NCBI RefSeq assembly: GCF_006345805.1
Contig: NC_042999.1
Location: 116,188,001 to 116,252,000 of the forward strand
DNA: 64,000 nt
From: Octopus sinensis
Taxonomy: Eukaryota
Direction of reading: 5' to 3'
Made by a program: the position numbers and the translations under genes. Under the pieces are notes generated by a model, which worked only from the letters and a program-made list of their open reading frames with translations, made no database searches and was not told the origin of the DNA. Shown one piece after another: positions 51,521 through 64,000 of this stretch; positions within the stretch are counted from its first letter, which is position 1; each line of letters opens with the position of its first letter.

Positions 51521-51739
51521 ATCGTGTTGCAGCCAAGCCTGGTTCTAGGCTGGTGGTGAAAATTGAGGGAAGGCATTTGACTTTGGTACTTTTCTGTCTC
51601 TTCGAATGCACAAACGTGACTAACGTCACAATGCATTCTTTTTATCAACACAGTTTTACCTACACGTATACTCTTTTTTTTTTTTGCGCTAGCTTACTGC
51701 ATTCACTAAAGAGATTGTTGTTGCTGGTGGTTGTGGTGC

Positions 51740-52160
51740 TGCTACTATGCTGAGTAAGAACGCCAACAGAGGAGATATAAATAATTTCCAGTCTATAATC
51801 CTGCTAAATGAAGAGTTACAGATTTTGGTCAAGGTGTTAGCAAAGATGTTGGTGCTTGTGATCGGAGAAGTACGATCGTAGGCGGTTGCCACCAAATCCA
51901 TTTACGAAACCCATACTTCATGCGTTTTATCATAGAAGGAGCAGGTAACAAATCTGGTGTTAGTTGTGCTATGATCAATTTGCATCAGTCGAAAGGTTTC
52001 GCTACTTTGCAGTAGTCTTAAAAGCAGTCGGTTTCGGAGCCGTTATCAGAGGCTGGATCGGAGGTCAAAGTGAACGGCCACTTCTTGGAACCTTTTCATA
52101 TCGTACGCTCGCTCTGTCAAGAGTATCCCCTTTCGTTTCTTCTATACCTGCTGGCCTTTG
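51740..52160 (+). mobile_element. Tx1/L1-group RT fragment
   Basis: NNFQSIILLNEELQILVKVLAKM, plus a segment homologous to the RT at 62050-62916 (GFGAVIRGWI, KVNGHFLEPF). Confidence 0.7.
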
Positions 52161-52312
52161 ATGCGGAAGCTAGGACTTTTTATCATGGGGCAAGTCTAAG
52201 CTTTTGCAAATTACCCAGTGAATATATTGTGCCTGTTGAGATATTCTGTAGGCGCAAGAAGACTGCACTTGGAGACATGATCAATGATTTCATTTTGTTG
52301 TTGACATACACA

Positions 52313-52316
<4 letters not shown>

Positions 52317-52363
<47 letters not shown>

Positions 52364-54080
52364 CATTGTTGTTGTTGTTGTGGTTGTTATTATTCAGTAG
52401 TGTTTATTTTTATCACGTGCCTTCATTACCGAGCGCAGCGCTGTGTGCCTTGGTATGTGCTGTGGTTTGTTGTAATGTTCTCATTTTTACTGTAATGTGC
52501 CTTGGGTACATGCTGTGGTTTGTTGTGATGCTCTTATTTTTACTGTCTTGAAACTGTTTTACGTAGGATGTGTGCGGTGTTTAGTAGTGCAATTTTCTGT
52601 ATGTTATACTTGTTAATCTTGGTATTTTTGTTATGTATTTGTCTGAATATTTTTTTATCATTCCTAATGCGCCTACTATGATAGGAATTGTTTCTGTTTT
52701 TAGACTCTACAATCGGGTTACCTCTATTTCCAGATCTTTGTATTTTGAAAGTTTCTCCATTTCTTTTAGAGAAACATTGTTGGTATTGATACATCGATTA
52801 GAAAGCATCTTTTTTCTTGATGATCTCTGACAACTAAATCCAACCTATAGGCCTTGATGTACTACCTGGCATATCCCCGAGTATGGTTGTTTTTCCATTT
52901 TCTGTGACTTTTCCTGGCGTATGCGTATATCATCTTTTTCCTGTTGTTATTCTAAAATGTTGACATCGTTTCCAGTGTATATAGGTCCCAACTCTGTCGT
53001 GTCTGTGAATATATTCCTTCTTAGCCTGAACTAGGTAGCCAGTGACAATATGATTTATTGTTCTTTCTCCATCTCCACATATTAAGAAGTTACTTGTATT
53101 TCGATTCATTACATGTTTCTGGTAATTTCTGGTTGGAAAGCTTTGATCTTGTGCAGCAATTAAAAATCCTTCAATCTCTGCTTTGAGTCCTGAACCTCTC
53201 AGCCATTGTTGGGATTTTGCTTTGTCTGTTTCTTTTCTGTTTAGTTTAATCCAGTATTTACCACGAAGGGGATTTTCTTGCCATCTTTCAGTTATTTTAC
53301 AGCTTTCGTTGTTACTTCTTTTCTTCGTAGTTGTTAGGTACTATGACTTCTATTTTGTATTTGTCTGAGTGAAAATAGTTTTTGTTTTGCTTTGTTCGTG
53401 TTTTGTGGCTATTTGTATTAGTTTTCCTTGCTTCTGAAGTTGGTATTTCTATATGGTAGTTATTTTGTAATAGTTTTCTGGCTGTATAAGGCCTCTACCA
53501 CCTTCAATACGTTGTATATATAACTTTTCTCTCTCAGATTTTGGATGGTGCATCTTAAATCCTATCATTATTTTTCTTGTTTTCCTGTCTATTTTGATTA
53601 GTTCATTTAGAGTCCAGTTAAGAATATTGTAGCTGTAACTGAGACAGCTAGAGGGTTGATACCTATCACCTTGTTTTTCGCATTGAGCTCTGTTTTCTAT
53701 ATTAATCTGACTCGTCTATAGTATTCCTTTTTCATCTTCTCTTTCATTTGTGTGTGTTGTATCGTATTAGTTCATTGATTCCCAGTATTTGTATGTCTGG
53801 TTTTGGTCTAATTCTCTTATTTCATTTGCTTTATCTAGTGTGATGTTGCTACTCTTAACTAGTTTTCCTCTTTTCAAGGTTGCTTTGGCACATTTTTCTA
53901 ATCGAAATTCATGTTTATTTCAGTACAGTAAACCCATGTACTGGAGTATTCCTCTTCTAATGGGAATGGCTTTGGTTTTTATGAGTCCCTCTTTTGTCTG
54001 GAGCTGTAGGCACTGTCCGTCATTTATTCATGGAATGTTTTATATATTTTATGATTATTGGTGCTTGTTCATGGCTAGTG
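52317..54080 (-). mobile_element. R4/Dong LINE 3' portion (copy A) with (TAA)n tail
   Basis: Minus frames include EKCAKATLKRGKLVKSSNITLDKANEIRELDQNQTYKY and the C-terminal IQKIALLNTAHILRK. A (TTA)n run on the plus strand lies at 52317-52362. Confidence 0.8.
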
Positions 54081-54100
54081 TTTCTAGGATCCATGTGTGG

Positions 54101-54101
<1 letters not shown>

Positions 54102-54164
<63 letters not shown>

Positions 54165-56090
54165 GTTTGGCTTTTGCTTTGTATTTGTACAAGTTTACTC
54201 CAAGTCTCACCCAGAGACCCCAAGAGACAATAAGTTAGAAGTTTAAGTTGGAGTTATGACTAGGGTGCCATATATTTGGTTTTGCACAGAGTATTGTTCT
54301 ACAGAATATCTGTCAAAACATAAATAAATTAGAAGTTTGTTTTAATAGTAATTCGATTATAAGATGATAGTCAGATGTTAAGACGACAGTAAACACCTTT
54401 GTGTTTACTGTTATGTACATTTAAAAGTATTTTGACACTGTTTACGGATTAAAATATTTTGGGGATTACATAGATGATATTTTACGTAGGATGTGGGCAG
54501 TTCCCATGAGCACTATTTTTTGAATTTCTTCCATTTTTGGATTTTGGATTTCCAGCCCCTTTTGCTATCATTCCTAGGGCACATACGACAACAGGTATTG
54601 TTTTAGACTTGAGATTCCACATTTTACCGATTTTTTTTTCAAGATCTTTATACTTGCTCAGTTTTTGGTAGGTCTTGACAGATGCATTTGTGTTGATTGG
54701 GACAGTCATATCGATGAGGAGGCATGATTTTTGTCTTTTGTCTTTTGCATCTATCTTTCTGTCAGTTTGAACGGTGAAGTTTCAAAAGAGTGTGACGTGG
54801 TCATTTTCAAGCACTGGCGTTTTGTGTTCCCACCAGTTTTTATCCTCGGGCAGGTTCAAGTCTTTGCAAATTACCCAGTGAATATACTGCGTTGCTCTAT
54901 CATGCCTGTTGAGATACTCTGTAGGCGCAAGAAAACTACATATGGAGACACTACGATCAATGGTTTCATTTTGTTGCTTAGATACACATGTTGGGCTACT
55001 GCCGTTCTTTAAGATGTTGGCCAGGTAGCTTCTTATATGTAGGCATTGATCTTGGGCTGCTATGATAAACCCTTCTGTCTTTGGTGTTAAGCCAGAAGAC
55101 ACAAAGCATTGATGGATAAGGGCTTTGTCAACATCGGCATTATTCGCTCTCTTTGTGTATTTGCCATTAAGAGGTTTTTCTTGCCATTTATCAGTAAGAA
55201 TATCTAAGGCAGCAGTTTTAGCATGCGTTTTCATAAGCTTAGCTTTTTCTGTGCTTGTTTCCAGTACATCTAATTCTTGGATTTGTTGTATTTGGAATTC
55301 ACTTAAATATTTCTTTGATTGTTTTGTTACTGAGTATGATTGTTTTTGTTTTCATACTTTAAGACAAGTTTTAACATCCAATCATCAGAGTTTTTCAGGT
55401 AGGTGTTTAGGCCAACTGTGGCAATCTTTATTGTTGGTTCCAGTTGTAAAAGTAAACGGCCACCTTCTTTTCTGGGCAGGTTCTATATCTACCTTAGGGT
55501 GGTGTATTCTTGCATTGCCAACAATTTGCGTATTTTTCTGTCAAGATTACAGATTTCAGTAATTGACAAGTTTATAATATTGAGACTGTAAGTCACGACC
55601 GGTATGGCTAAAGTATTGATCGCTTCGATCCTGTTTCTTGCATTCAGCTGTCTAGAGTATTGCCCTTACCCTGTAATAACATTCTTTTCCGGTTCTTTCC
55701 CTCATCATTGAATGCTTGATTCCATCATCTTCAAATGCCCCTAGGTATTTGTAGCTCTCCGCTGGTTCTAACTCCTTTATAACATTCTGCTGGTTACGAT
55801 TAACGTTGGATGTTTCTTTCATTTTTCTTCTGATAAAGGTAGCTTTTGCACATTTATCGAGGCCAAACTGCATTCTGATGTCATCACAGAACTGCTAAAC
55901 AATTGCTAGTAAGCCCTGTAGTAGTTAGTCATTTTTACGAAGAGTTTTAAAACATCCATGCAAAAGAGTTGATTTATATCTTTATCAAAGATTTTATAGC
56001 TATGTTGTACGTCATCGAGCAATTTCTAAAGAAGTATTTAGACTAGATAAAAGAGGAGTAGTGATAGAGAGTCACCCTGGAAAATGCCAT
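54102..56090 (-). mobile_element. R4/Dong LINE 3' portion (copy B) with restriction-like endonuclease
   Basis: MQFGLDKCAKATF, KWQEKPLNGKY, EGFIIAAQDQ, EYLNRHD and LLIDMTVP...KLSKYKDL...IPVVVCALG. (TTA)n tail at 54102-54160. Confidence 0.88.
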
Positions 56091-58318
56091 ATGAAATTCT
56101 TACATTCTCCTCCTCCTCCTCCTCCTCCTCATCATCATCATCATCATCGTTATTATTATTATTGTAAATGCTATTTTGCATGCGTCGTCATTGATATCGT
56201 GTTGCTGCTGGAAACATAATAATTCTCAAATCTTAAGGTAAAGTATGAAATAAAGAGCAATGAAGAATTTGGCTTTTGGCTGCTGTACTGCTCACAAGCT
56301 ACTATTATACGGTTCAGTTAGTATACTGAGTTTCTCTGTTTTACCGAAGGCTTCCCTTGATTGATCACTTCGTGTCTGACACGTGTGCTATTCAAGTGCA
56401 CCTTTATTCAGATCACACAAATAGTTTACGTGTGATATCTGTTTACCAGGTACATGGAAGAGCGTAATGGATGAGTGATTATAAAGTATGTATATCTTTT
56501 GACTGAAGAGTTGCCAGTTTGTATAACATTATTATTGATGATGTACTGCTGTTCTGTTTCCTTGGCACTATACGTATCGAACACATCAGCTATCAAGCAA
56601 ACCTTGTACGTCGTTGCTGTTAGTTATATATACATATATTCTTTGGGGAAAACATTAAGACTGGTTCTAAGACACTAATAGTTAAATTACCTCCAAGATT
56701 TGTGAAGGTAAGAAGAATATTCTGTAGACATTTACTCAGCAGATTGAATAGTGTCGAATATAAAGAAAGCTTAAAATATTCTTTTCTACTTTAGGCACAA
56801 GGTCCGAATTTCTTTCGGGGAAAGTGGTCAATCGATTTGATTGACACTAGTACGCAACTGGTACTTAATTTATCGACCCCGAAAAGATGAAAGACAAAGT
56901 CGACCTCGGCGGAATTTGAACTCATAACGTAAAGGCAGTCGAAATACTGTTAAGAAAGCTGGAAATATTGAAACTTTAAGAGATTAGTATATATTCGTTT
57001 CACCCCCAGAAAGTATGGATGTAGAGAGAAGGTGTGTAGCTTAATGGTTAGGGTATTTGGCTCACGATCGCAAGGTCCTGAGTTCAATTTCCAATGACGC
57101 ATTGTGCCCTTGAGGAAGACATTTTATTTCATGTTCCTCCAGTCCACTCACCTGGCAATAATGAGCAGTACCTGTATTTCAAAAGGCCAGCCTTGTCACA
57201 CACTGTGTCACGCTGAATCACCCTGAGAACTACATTAAGGGTACACGTGTCTCTGAGTGCTCAGCCACATGGACGTTAATTTTATGAGCAGGCTGTTTCG
57301 TTGACCGGACCAGCTGGAACCCTCACCGCCATAACCGACGGAGTACTATATACATGCATATATGGGTGTAGACGCGGCTTTGGCTATGTGATAAAGTAAT
57401 TCCATCGCTAACCATTTGGTTTCAGGTTTGATTCCTTTGCACAGTACTTTGACGAAGTAAATAAACGACCGCAACTCTGGAGTTGAAACTAGTAAAGAAA
57501 AGAAAAGTGTTTGTGTATGTGTGTAATTATCATCGTATGTAAACGACTGACTTCTATATTGATAAGGTTTGGACTGTTCAATAGAATCTGACGTGTCTGC
57601 TTGGCATGGTTTCTATGACTTGATGTGCTTCCTTACGTCAATCACTTTACAACGTGTGCTGGAAGCTATTTTCGTGACACCAGGAACAGTAAATGTTGCT
57701 TCGTAACATGCAAGACTAAGAGCTTAAAGTGCCGCCATAATTGAGTGGCAGCAGCCGAGTGAATGTTTGACGATTCTAAGCAGAAGTGATGGTGCGTTCT
57801 GCGTGACACGTATTGTTTGCTTTGGAGAATTAATAGAGTTGGAACATGGAAGGAAAGGCCTAAAATTTTAAACATTTATGAAATCGTGGGAAGCACAAGG
57901 ATTGGCTGTGCACAATGTTTCCAGTAGAGGAAAGATGAAGCTGATTTGTAGCTAGAGTCAAAATGTTCTACTTGACTAGCATTGGACTTAGGAAAGATAG
58001 AAGAGACAGTGATTTAAAAAAGCTGGAAAAAGGAAGTAAATACGCTTCATCGTGGATATGGCAGAGGTTTATGGATAGAAAGAGCTAGCTGAGAGCAAAG
58101 AATGAATCCTCAGAGAATTGTGACCCCCTTCGGTCATGAATGACCATGGGATTGCACCTAGAAAGTTACCCTCCGAGGCACAAGTCTGGGCAAGGTTGTT
58201 TATGGAAGACCAGCAGTCGCCCACTTGTACCAGCCTTCCCGCTCCACGCCACCGATGTTATCCAAAGGAAAGGCAAAGGCCAATACAGCTTGGCACCAGT
58301 GAAGTCGCAGTTCATTTA

Positions 58319-58629
58319 TTAACGTGCAAGTGGCTGAGCACTCCACAGACACGTGTACCCTTAACGTAGTTCTCGGGGAGATTCAGCGTGACACGGAGTG
58401 TGACAAGGCTGGCCCTTTGAAATACAGGTACAACAGAAACAGGAAGAAAGAGTGAGAGAAAGTTGTGGTGAAAGAGTACAGCAGGGTTCACCACCACCCC
58501 CTGCCGGAGTCTCGTGGAGCTTTTAGGTGTTTTCGCTCAATAAACACTCACAATGCCCGATCTGGGAATCGAAACCGCGATCCTACGACCGCGAGTCCGC
58601 TGCCCTAACCACTGGGCCATTGCGCATCC
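58319..58629 (-). mobile_element. tRNA-derived SINE family D
   Basis: Minus strand has A box TGGCCCAGTGG and B box GGTTTCGATTCC. Other copies lie at about 57040-57345(+), 59205-59545(+) and 61257-61450(+). Confidence 0.85.
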
Positions 58630-58881
58630 ACCAGAGGATAATAATAGAACAAAATAGGTACTGCATTGTTACAGCGGTTACAGTTATAAAGGTTTGATGT
58701 GGTAAGTGTACTGAGAATAAAGGGCAAAAGAGTGCAACAATGTTATCAGAAGATGCTGAAAATTCCATGGTAGCATCAGTGTTGTTCGGCATTGTTAGAG
58801 AAAACGATACAGTCGGAAGGAGTCGAAATTATTGTGTCCCCACACACACCATTTAACAACTGATGATGAAGGTGACAAGCA

Positions 58882-58955
<74 letters not shown>

Positions 58956-59667
58956 AGAAAAGAAATGGAGTAACAATTAACAATTAGAAGTTGATCATTG
59001 GCATTAAAAGTTCATAGTTTAATTGTAGTTCAAGTACATTTACAGCTGTTTCACTTTGTTATTTCGAAGTAAATTTGCATATGCGTATGTATGTATGTAT
59101 GTATGTATGTATGTATGTATGTATGTATGTATGTATGTATGTATGTATGTATTTATGTATGTATGTATATACACATTCATATATACATATATATATTTAT
59201 GTGGAGGCTTTAGGACAACGGACTCGCGGTTTCGATTCCCAAATCAGGCGTTGTGAGTGTTTATTGAGCGAAAACACCTGAAGTATCACGAGGCTCCGGC
59301 AGGGGGTGTGTGTGACAAATCCTGCTGTACTCTTTCACCACAACTTTCTCTCACACCTGCTTCTGTTGTACCTGTATTTTAAAGGGCTAGCCTTGTCACA
59401 CTGCGTCATGCTGAATCTCATCGAGGACTACGTTTAGGGTGCACGTGTTTGTGGAATGCTCAGCCACTTGCACGTTAATTTCACGAGCAGGCTGTTCCGT
59501 TGATCGGATCAATTGGACCCTCGTCGCCGTAACCGACGGAGTGCCACGATATACTTATACATACATATGCATATCTATATGCATGTGTGTGCACAAAATT
59601 GTTGGCGTTCAAGGTTGCCTATTTAAAGTAGATGTTCAGTAGTAAATAGTACCTCATAAGTGCTGTA

Positions 59668-59706
<39 letters not shown>

Positions 59707-60186
59707 GGAGAGAAAGAGAGGGAGAGGGAGAGGGAGGGGACCAAAAAACAACGAAGAAAAACGTATCTTTTCTTCTGCTTAGCTTTTTCCTTTCACTTCT
59801 TTCTTTGTTTCTTTCTTGAATTTATTTTTATCAATTCGTTAGCTATTTTTTTTCTTCTTCTCCTTGAAATCATGCAACAAAGATCCAATTGTTTAAAAGG
59901 CAGAATCTTCGTATCAAGCCCAGCCATTTCCTCTTATGTGCTGAAGCCGGATATAGGGTGAACAACCAGTGTTCGTCACGTCTGTGAAATATTTCCGTCT
60001 ATGAAGTACATCTTTCTAGGGCGCTAAGATCACCGGAAGTAGTAGGGATTGTGTTACAGGAACGTTTTACAACTGTTTTTCTGTTTTTTTTTTCCATGCG
60101 CCTACCAAAATGATTAGCTTCTTTTGTTGTAATTCCAGTTCAAATAAGACATTCGAGCTAAGTATCTTCCAATTTAGAATACCCTG

Positions 60187-61130
60187 CAGTGGTGGTGGTG
60201 GTGGTGGTGGTGGTGGTGGTAATGGTGGTGGTAGTGGTGGTGGTGGAAGTAGTGGAGATGATGATGAGGATAATGATGGTGACGATGATGAGGATGCTGA
60301 TGGTATTGAGGATGATGGTGATGATGATGATGATGATAGTAATGATGATATGATAATGACAGCGATGGCAATAATGATAGTGATATCATCATCATCATCT
60401 TCATCATCATCATCTTCATCATCATCTTCATCATCGTTGATGTCGTTGTTGGGGTCATTGTGATCGTCAATTCATCAATCGTTGTCGGTATCGTCGTCGT
60501 CATCGTCGTTGTCGTCGTGGTAATTATGATCCCCACCACCACCATCATAGTCACCATCATCATCGTCGTCGTCGTCGTCGCCATCATCCTCATCATCTTC
60601 AGCCATAGCTACACCAGCAGATGAAGATAATAATGATTGTGATGAATACTTTTACGTAACCTTCAAAAATACAGCAGCACCACCACAATCACAACAATAA
60701 CAACAACTTCCACTACCATTTTCTGTATCTCCACCATCGACTTCACGTCACACCACCACCACCACCGCCATCCTATCCCCCGCCACATCACCCCACCCCA
60801 CCCACTGCCGCCACCATTACCCTCCCCACCGCCGCCACTACTATCCTCTTCACCGCCGCCACCATCCGCTCCTCACCACCACCACCACCACCACCACTAC
60901 CGTCAACATTTCCGCTACCCCACTACCGCAGTCACCATTACAATTACTGCCATTATCACCATCCACATACATATATCTCGTCGTCGTCGTCGTCCTCCTC
61001 ATCATCATCATTATCCCCATCACCTTCATCATCATCACTACGACTGACATCACTAAAAATACAACCACCAACACCTCTTCAACATCAGCAGCAGAAAGTA
61101 GCATCAAGAACAACGTGAACATCAATAATT
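60187..61130. repeat. Compound trinucleotide low-complexity tract (GGT, GAT, CAT, CGT, CAC)
   Basis: Directly visible. It produces homopolymeric pseudo-ORFs on both strands. Confidence 0.9.
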
Positions 61131-61449
61131 ACAGAAACACATAAATAGTATTGTGGTTAAACTCTCTTATGTATTTTCGAATACAATAGTCTTAATTTGC
61201 CTTTGACATTATGTCTGTGACAGTCACATAACAGCAGCAACAACAACAACAGCAGTGGAGGCGCAATGGCCCAGTGGTTAAGGCAGCGGACTCGCGGTCG
61301 TAAGAACGCGGCTTCGATTCCCGGACCGGACATTGTGAGTGTTTATTGAGCAAAAACACCTAAGCTCCACGAGGCTCCGGCGGGGGCGGGATGAACTTTC
61401 ACCATACTCTTCACCATAACTTTCTCTCACTCTTTCTTCCTACTTCTGT

Positions 61450-63960
61450 CACACTATGGTGTGGTAAACTTTCAGACCCTAGTCTAGATTGCAAATCCTC
61501 TGTACCCCAGGATGCTTCAGCTTACCACCCGTTAAAAGCCACCGTTTACGGAATGAGGATAACAACGTCTATCGCGTGTGGTGGGTGGATCTTCAAGTTG
61601 CCACACACATTCTTAGTATGCTAAATACCTTTGTAATCCCGAAAAATATCGTAACCATTGGTCCAGCTATCTAGCCGTGAAGAGGGAACAGACAAAGAGA
61701 CGGACAGACAGCACTTCCATGTCTGTAGAACTTGTCTTAAACTGGCAGAACTCGTCGGTAGCACTGCCAGGCCAGGGAATTCTGGAAGTTATCCATTGGC
61801 CCCGGCCCGAAAGTCCTCTGGAAAAGAATAGTTAGTTGATCCCTCCCGACGCCCAGAGTTTCTCTCCACTAATCCCCTTTAGAACTCCATAGAGGAACTT
61901 CCACCGACTCTTTGCCTGACTGGCAGAGAGCTGTGAGCGCTTGCCGACACTCAAGGTGCCAAGCGCCCTTTCTTGGTCTACACTTGATCCAGGCCTGTAG
62001 CTCCGTCAATGAGCTGTGAAAAATCCTGTGTGACAAACGGCGACCACACCTACTCACCGTTAAGAAAGCGCTGGAGATGTTGCAGCCTCAGCACATGTTT
62101 GTGTATCATTAGTTCCAGCATGCCCAGCCCTTCACTCAGCGGCTGTCGACACGTGGAACATGTCCCTTCCACAGAAAGCAGAAGAGTAAGCGCTCCAGCT
62201 TGATCAACCACGAAGTAGGGCAAGGGACGACGGTCAGGCGGTAGTAAATGACAAGCGATGTATGCATTCGCCACCTCCATCCGACCCTTCAGGAATAGCT
62301 TCCTCTCTGCCCATTTCTGGGTGAGACTGGCTGCCCTGCTCGTCACCTCCGCACAGTTCTTGTCCACATGGAAGTCCAGACCAAACCAGACCCCGAACAA
62401 TTTAACCAGTCCTTCCGTCCAGCGCCCTACAACGCTGTCGGTTGGCATGGACCTACCTCTCCAGGTGCCGAGCTGCAGACCAACCAAATTGTCCTGATTA
62501 AGTTTTGCTCTTGTCACTGCTTCGTACTCCCTTAGAGCAGTGTCGATCACCTCGATTTCCGAGCTATCCGACACTATTACGGTGACGTCGTCCGCATATA
62601 CTGACACAAACCTTCCGCATCCTAGATCACGCGGGATGCCCCTCGAAATATCCAACTTCCTTAGTAATGGCCTTAGAGCCTGTACGTACAGAAGAGGAAA
62701 GAGTGGGCATCCATGACGGACCGAATGAGTGATACTAAACGATTCCGATAGGTGGCCGTTTACTTTGACCACTGAACAGATGTCACTGTACATTGCAGCG
62801 ATCCAGCCTCTGAAAATGGGACCGAAACTGGCTGCCGTAAGGACAGCCTCCAAGTATTGATGGTCGACCCTGTCAAAAGCTCTCGATTGATCCAAATTGA
62901 TCAGGGCCCTACCCATGCCAGTTTCCTTCCCTACCCTCTCTATGATGTAACGCGTGAGGTAATGGTTGCCGTGGATAGATCTTTTTCAGGATCGTGCATG
63001 TCCCCCCATGTTTCAGTGTACGCGCTCTAGCTCTGATAACGCAACCTTCGTGCTTGGCATTGCGTCAGTCGCAATGCCGCTCCTAAACGCTTCATCTAGC
63101 TTCCTAACTAGATTTCCCTCTATCCTAGATTCCTCTAAGGCTATTTTCTTACTGCCTCTATTCTAATAGCCCTTTTCAGGGCTATCTACCATCGGCTTTT
63201 GACAATTGCGCCCGCCAACCTCTGATAGACTAGCTTGCTCACTAGGTTCTGAATGCTTGACGCGCTGGGAAAGATGCGTTCAGCTTTCAGTAAAGGGAGC
63301 CCTGCCTGTGGATCTTATCTATGTCGGCTGTGTAGATCCCAAATTTGTGGTCTGTGTGGTCGACGGTTTTGAAATGTGGACAACCTATGCTACTTCTGTC
63401 TAGTGGCCTGCAGAATATCCTGTCTAAATACGATCTGGAAACCCCTGTGCTGTTTGCTCATGTCCCCAATGGCGCACTCAGGAAGTCCTGTCGCTACCTG
63501 TCAACCAATTGTAAACGACTGAGCAGGTTTGCGAGTCTTTGGCACACCCCCTATCCAGGTGTGCATCCAAAATTGCGATCTATCGACAACTAGAACTAAA
63601 GGGTGAGATGTCCCAAGGAAAACCTCCAAACGTCTGAAGAAATTTAGCTGCCCCGCCCCAGTTGGGGTGTACACAGTTACTAGTCTGGAAGCACCACCTT
63701 CGCTGTTGCTCACATCCAAGACCACCAACTTACCTTCTGGGTCCAGGAAGATCGTCCGCAACTCGAGATCCACATTTTTCTTAAACAGCACTACCACGCT
63801 GTCCCACCCCCTCTCAGGCCGACTAAGAGATGCACGGATCTCGAAATCGTCAGAAATGGGGGTTAGATCGCGTGTTTGGAAATCCTGGTTTCGCTGACAG
63901 CTGTCACGTTCATAGATAATGATCGGAGGTAGTTGAGCAGGCGACCCTGCTTCCAGAGCA
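61450..63960 (-). mobile_element. Tx1/L1-group LINE ORF2, decayed and internally deleted
   Basis: APE part LDPEGKLVVLDV...VTVYTP at 63501-63797. RT part LDQSRAFDRVDHQYL...SVRHGCPLFPLLY...VYADDVTV at 62050-62916. Frameshifts and stops lie between them. Confidence 0.88.
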
Positions 63961-64000
63961 CCTCAAGCCACGAACATGTATACTACCTACTCTTAAACAA

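Noticed and set aside
60110-61125. Gly/Asp/His/Ser-rich ORFs
   Set aside because: They arise on both strands from trinucleotide repeats, with no splice or domain evidence.
61257-61335. tRNA gene look-alike (also 58555-58629)
   Set aside because: It has A and B boxes but continues into a shared SINE body found in several diverged copies, and no convincing cloverleaf is evident.

Overview
AT-rich, microsatellite-dense animal genomic DNA. The SINE, MITE and LINE families look like those of an octopus or other coleoid cephalopod (inference from repeat-family recall). It is not prokaryotic, and no CRISPR array or operon is present. Only one host exon is confidently recognisable: a phase-0 exon at 32131-32355 (+) of the HAD-family pseudouridine-5'-phosphatase PUDP/HDHD1, which splices onward instead of stopping. 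Most of the rest is transposon-derived: tRNA-derived SINEs, piggyBac-type MITEs, a Gypsy-like solo LTR, RTE, CR1-group, R4/Dong and Tx1 LINE pieces, a decayed Merlin transposase and a 5S rRNA pseudogene. The standout is a 1.77-kb non-coding insertion at 29334-31099, made of about 3.7 copies of a ~480-bp monomer. It has an inverted 5' arm and an apparent 11-bp target-site duplication. Each monomer carries a type I hammerhead ribozyme: three are intact and one is disrupted. This is a retrozyme- or Penelope-pLTR-like system, lying on the same strand as and just upstream of the PUDP exon. Other highlights are further hammerhead-like motifs, an RTE copy with a precise 5' inversion, and a young-looking CR1-group LINE. 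That LINE has a SANT-like plus CCCH ORF1, an upstream 42-bp array and a U_UUU_UUA heptamer at the ORF1/ORF2 overlap. All alignments and folds were done by eye; no searches were run.
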